From contig JAOAGA010000003.1 in the NCBI GenBank assembly GCA_026415985.1, positions 1 to 53,443 on the forward strand: a stretch of DNA of 53,443 nucleotides, read 5' to 3'. The DNA is from Pseudomonadota bacterium. Its GTDB lineage: Bacteria > CALINM01. The position numbers and the translations under genes are program-made. Shown here piece after piece: positions 52,595-53,443 of the stretch. Within the stretch, counting starts at the first letter, position 1; the number at the start of each line of letters is the position of its first letter. The notes under the pieces are model-generated. The model worked only from the letters and a program-made list of their open reading frames with translations, did not search any database and had not been told where the DNA came from.

Positions 52595-52971
52595 TCTTTA
52601 CAGGCAACCACCTCTATTTCAATCAATGCACCTTTGGGCAGATTAGAGACCTCAACGGTTGATCTGACAGGGTAGGGTGGGTTAAAAAAGCTCTCATAAA
52701 CCTTATTCATTCCTGCAAAATCAGATATATTTTTTAAAAAAATTGTTGTTTTAATTACTTCCGCAAGTTTAAACCCTGCTTCTTCAAGGATTGCTGAAAT
52801 ATTCCTAAATACCTGAAGAGTTTGTTCTTCAATGTTTTTGCCTACTATCTCACCACTATCCTTATCTAAAGGTATCTGTCCTGACAAAAACAAGAATCTG
52901 TCGCACAAAACTGCCTGAGAGTACGGTCCGATAGGTTTTGGTGCCTTTTCCGTTAAAATCTCTTTTTTCAT
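52591..52971 (-). CDS. ridA: RidA/YjgF family imine deaminase
   Basis: [33 protein letters not shown]. Confidence 0.92.
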   Translation of the reverse strand: MKKEILTEKAPKPIGPYSQAVLCDRFLFLSGQIPLDKDSGEIVGKNIEEQTLQVFRNISAILEEAGFKLAEVIKTTIFLKNISDFAGMNKVYESFFNPPYPVRSTVEVSNLPKGALIEIEVVACKD

Positions 52972-52982
52972 AAAATCCCCTT

Positions 52983-53441
52983 TTACGGTCTTGTATTTAA
53001 TTTCAGCTTTTCTTCAAAGAAATCTTTAAGTAAATCTTTACCTTTCCCAACAATTTTTATTCCTCTCGTCTTTTCTCCTATGTCTTTACTTTTAACAAGA
53101 TAGACACTTTCTGCCCTTTCAAGCTCAATCCCGCCAAGCTGAGAGGTGCTTGCATAAATGATTATATTTTCCTCGCCAAAAGGTGGTGTTACCTCAAGCT
53201 CAAACCTATCTGGTCCCGATGGTATCTCATAAACTACCCCACCCTGAAAATAGTTGTCTTCTCTATAGGGGTTTGGCAAAATCTGTATTAAATTACCATC
53301 TGCCTGTTTATATACAATTCTTGCATAAAAGGGCTTGTTACCCTTGAAATAAATTTTTATCTTCTCTCCCTTTTTAAACTCTCCCTTCTCAGTCCAAACC
53401 TTAACTTTCAGCGGTAAAGAGGGATCATCAAGTTCTTTTGC
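52983..53441 (-). CDS. DUF4384-like domain protein, 3' part (runs off the window end)
   Basis: Frame open to the edge: LKVKVWTEKGEFKKGEKIKIYFKGNKPFY...IQILPNPY...VTPPFGEE..IYAS. Confidence 0.7.
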   Translation of the reverse strand, partial: AKELDDPSLPLKVKVWTEKGEFKKGEKIKIYFKGNKPFYARIVYKQADGNLIQILPNPYREDNYFQGGVVYEIPSGPDRFELEVTPPFGEENIIIYASTSQLGGIELERAESVYLVKSKDIGEKTRGIKIVGKGKDLLKDFFEEKLKLNTRP

Positions 53442-53443
53442 TT

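Overview
A 53 kb, AT-rich (roughly 35% GC by eye), gene-dense stretch of bacterial chromosome. The gene order (xerC-hslVU-argBDFGH-lipoprotein, alaC-hom-thrC, radical SAM-rng, rsmD-coaD-aspC) and the gene content suggest an anaerobic, possibly thermophilic diderm of Desulfobacterota/Nitrospirota type; this is inference only. Most of the window is housekeeping: Arg, Met and Thr biosynthesis, PhoBR-PstS, K+ transport, GroESL with a CIRCE element, two tRNAs and L28. I saw no mobile element, prophage or CRISPR array. The main points of interest are: (1) a divergent redox locus at 26.9-32.5 kb, with a putative sigma54-driven operon (monoheme cytochrome c, DUF3373-like outer-membrane barrel, octaheme OTR-like cytochrome) set back-to-back with a cassette of an unannotated CXXC microprotein, a membrane 4Fe-4S protein and TlpA; (2) an HD-GYP phosphodiesterase with the RxxQ signature linked to cGAMP specificity, paired with a HEAT-repeat protein that shares its N-terminal FYPxGHP module; (3) repeated promoter geometry pointing to leaderless mRNAs; (4) two small genes missing from the ORF track; (5) two convergent tRNAs 5 bp apart.
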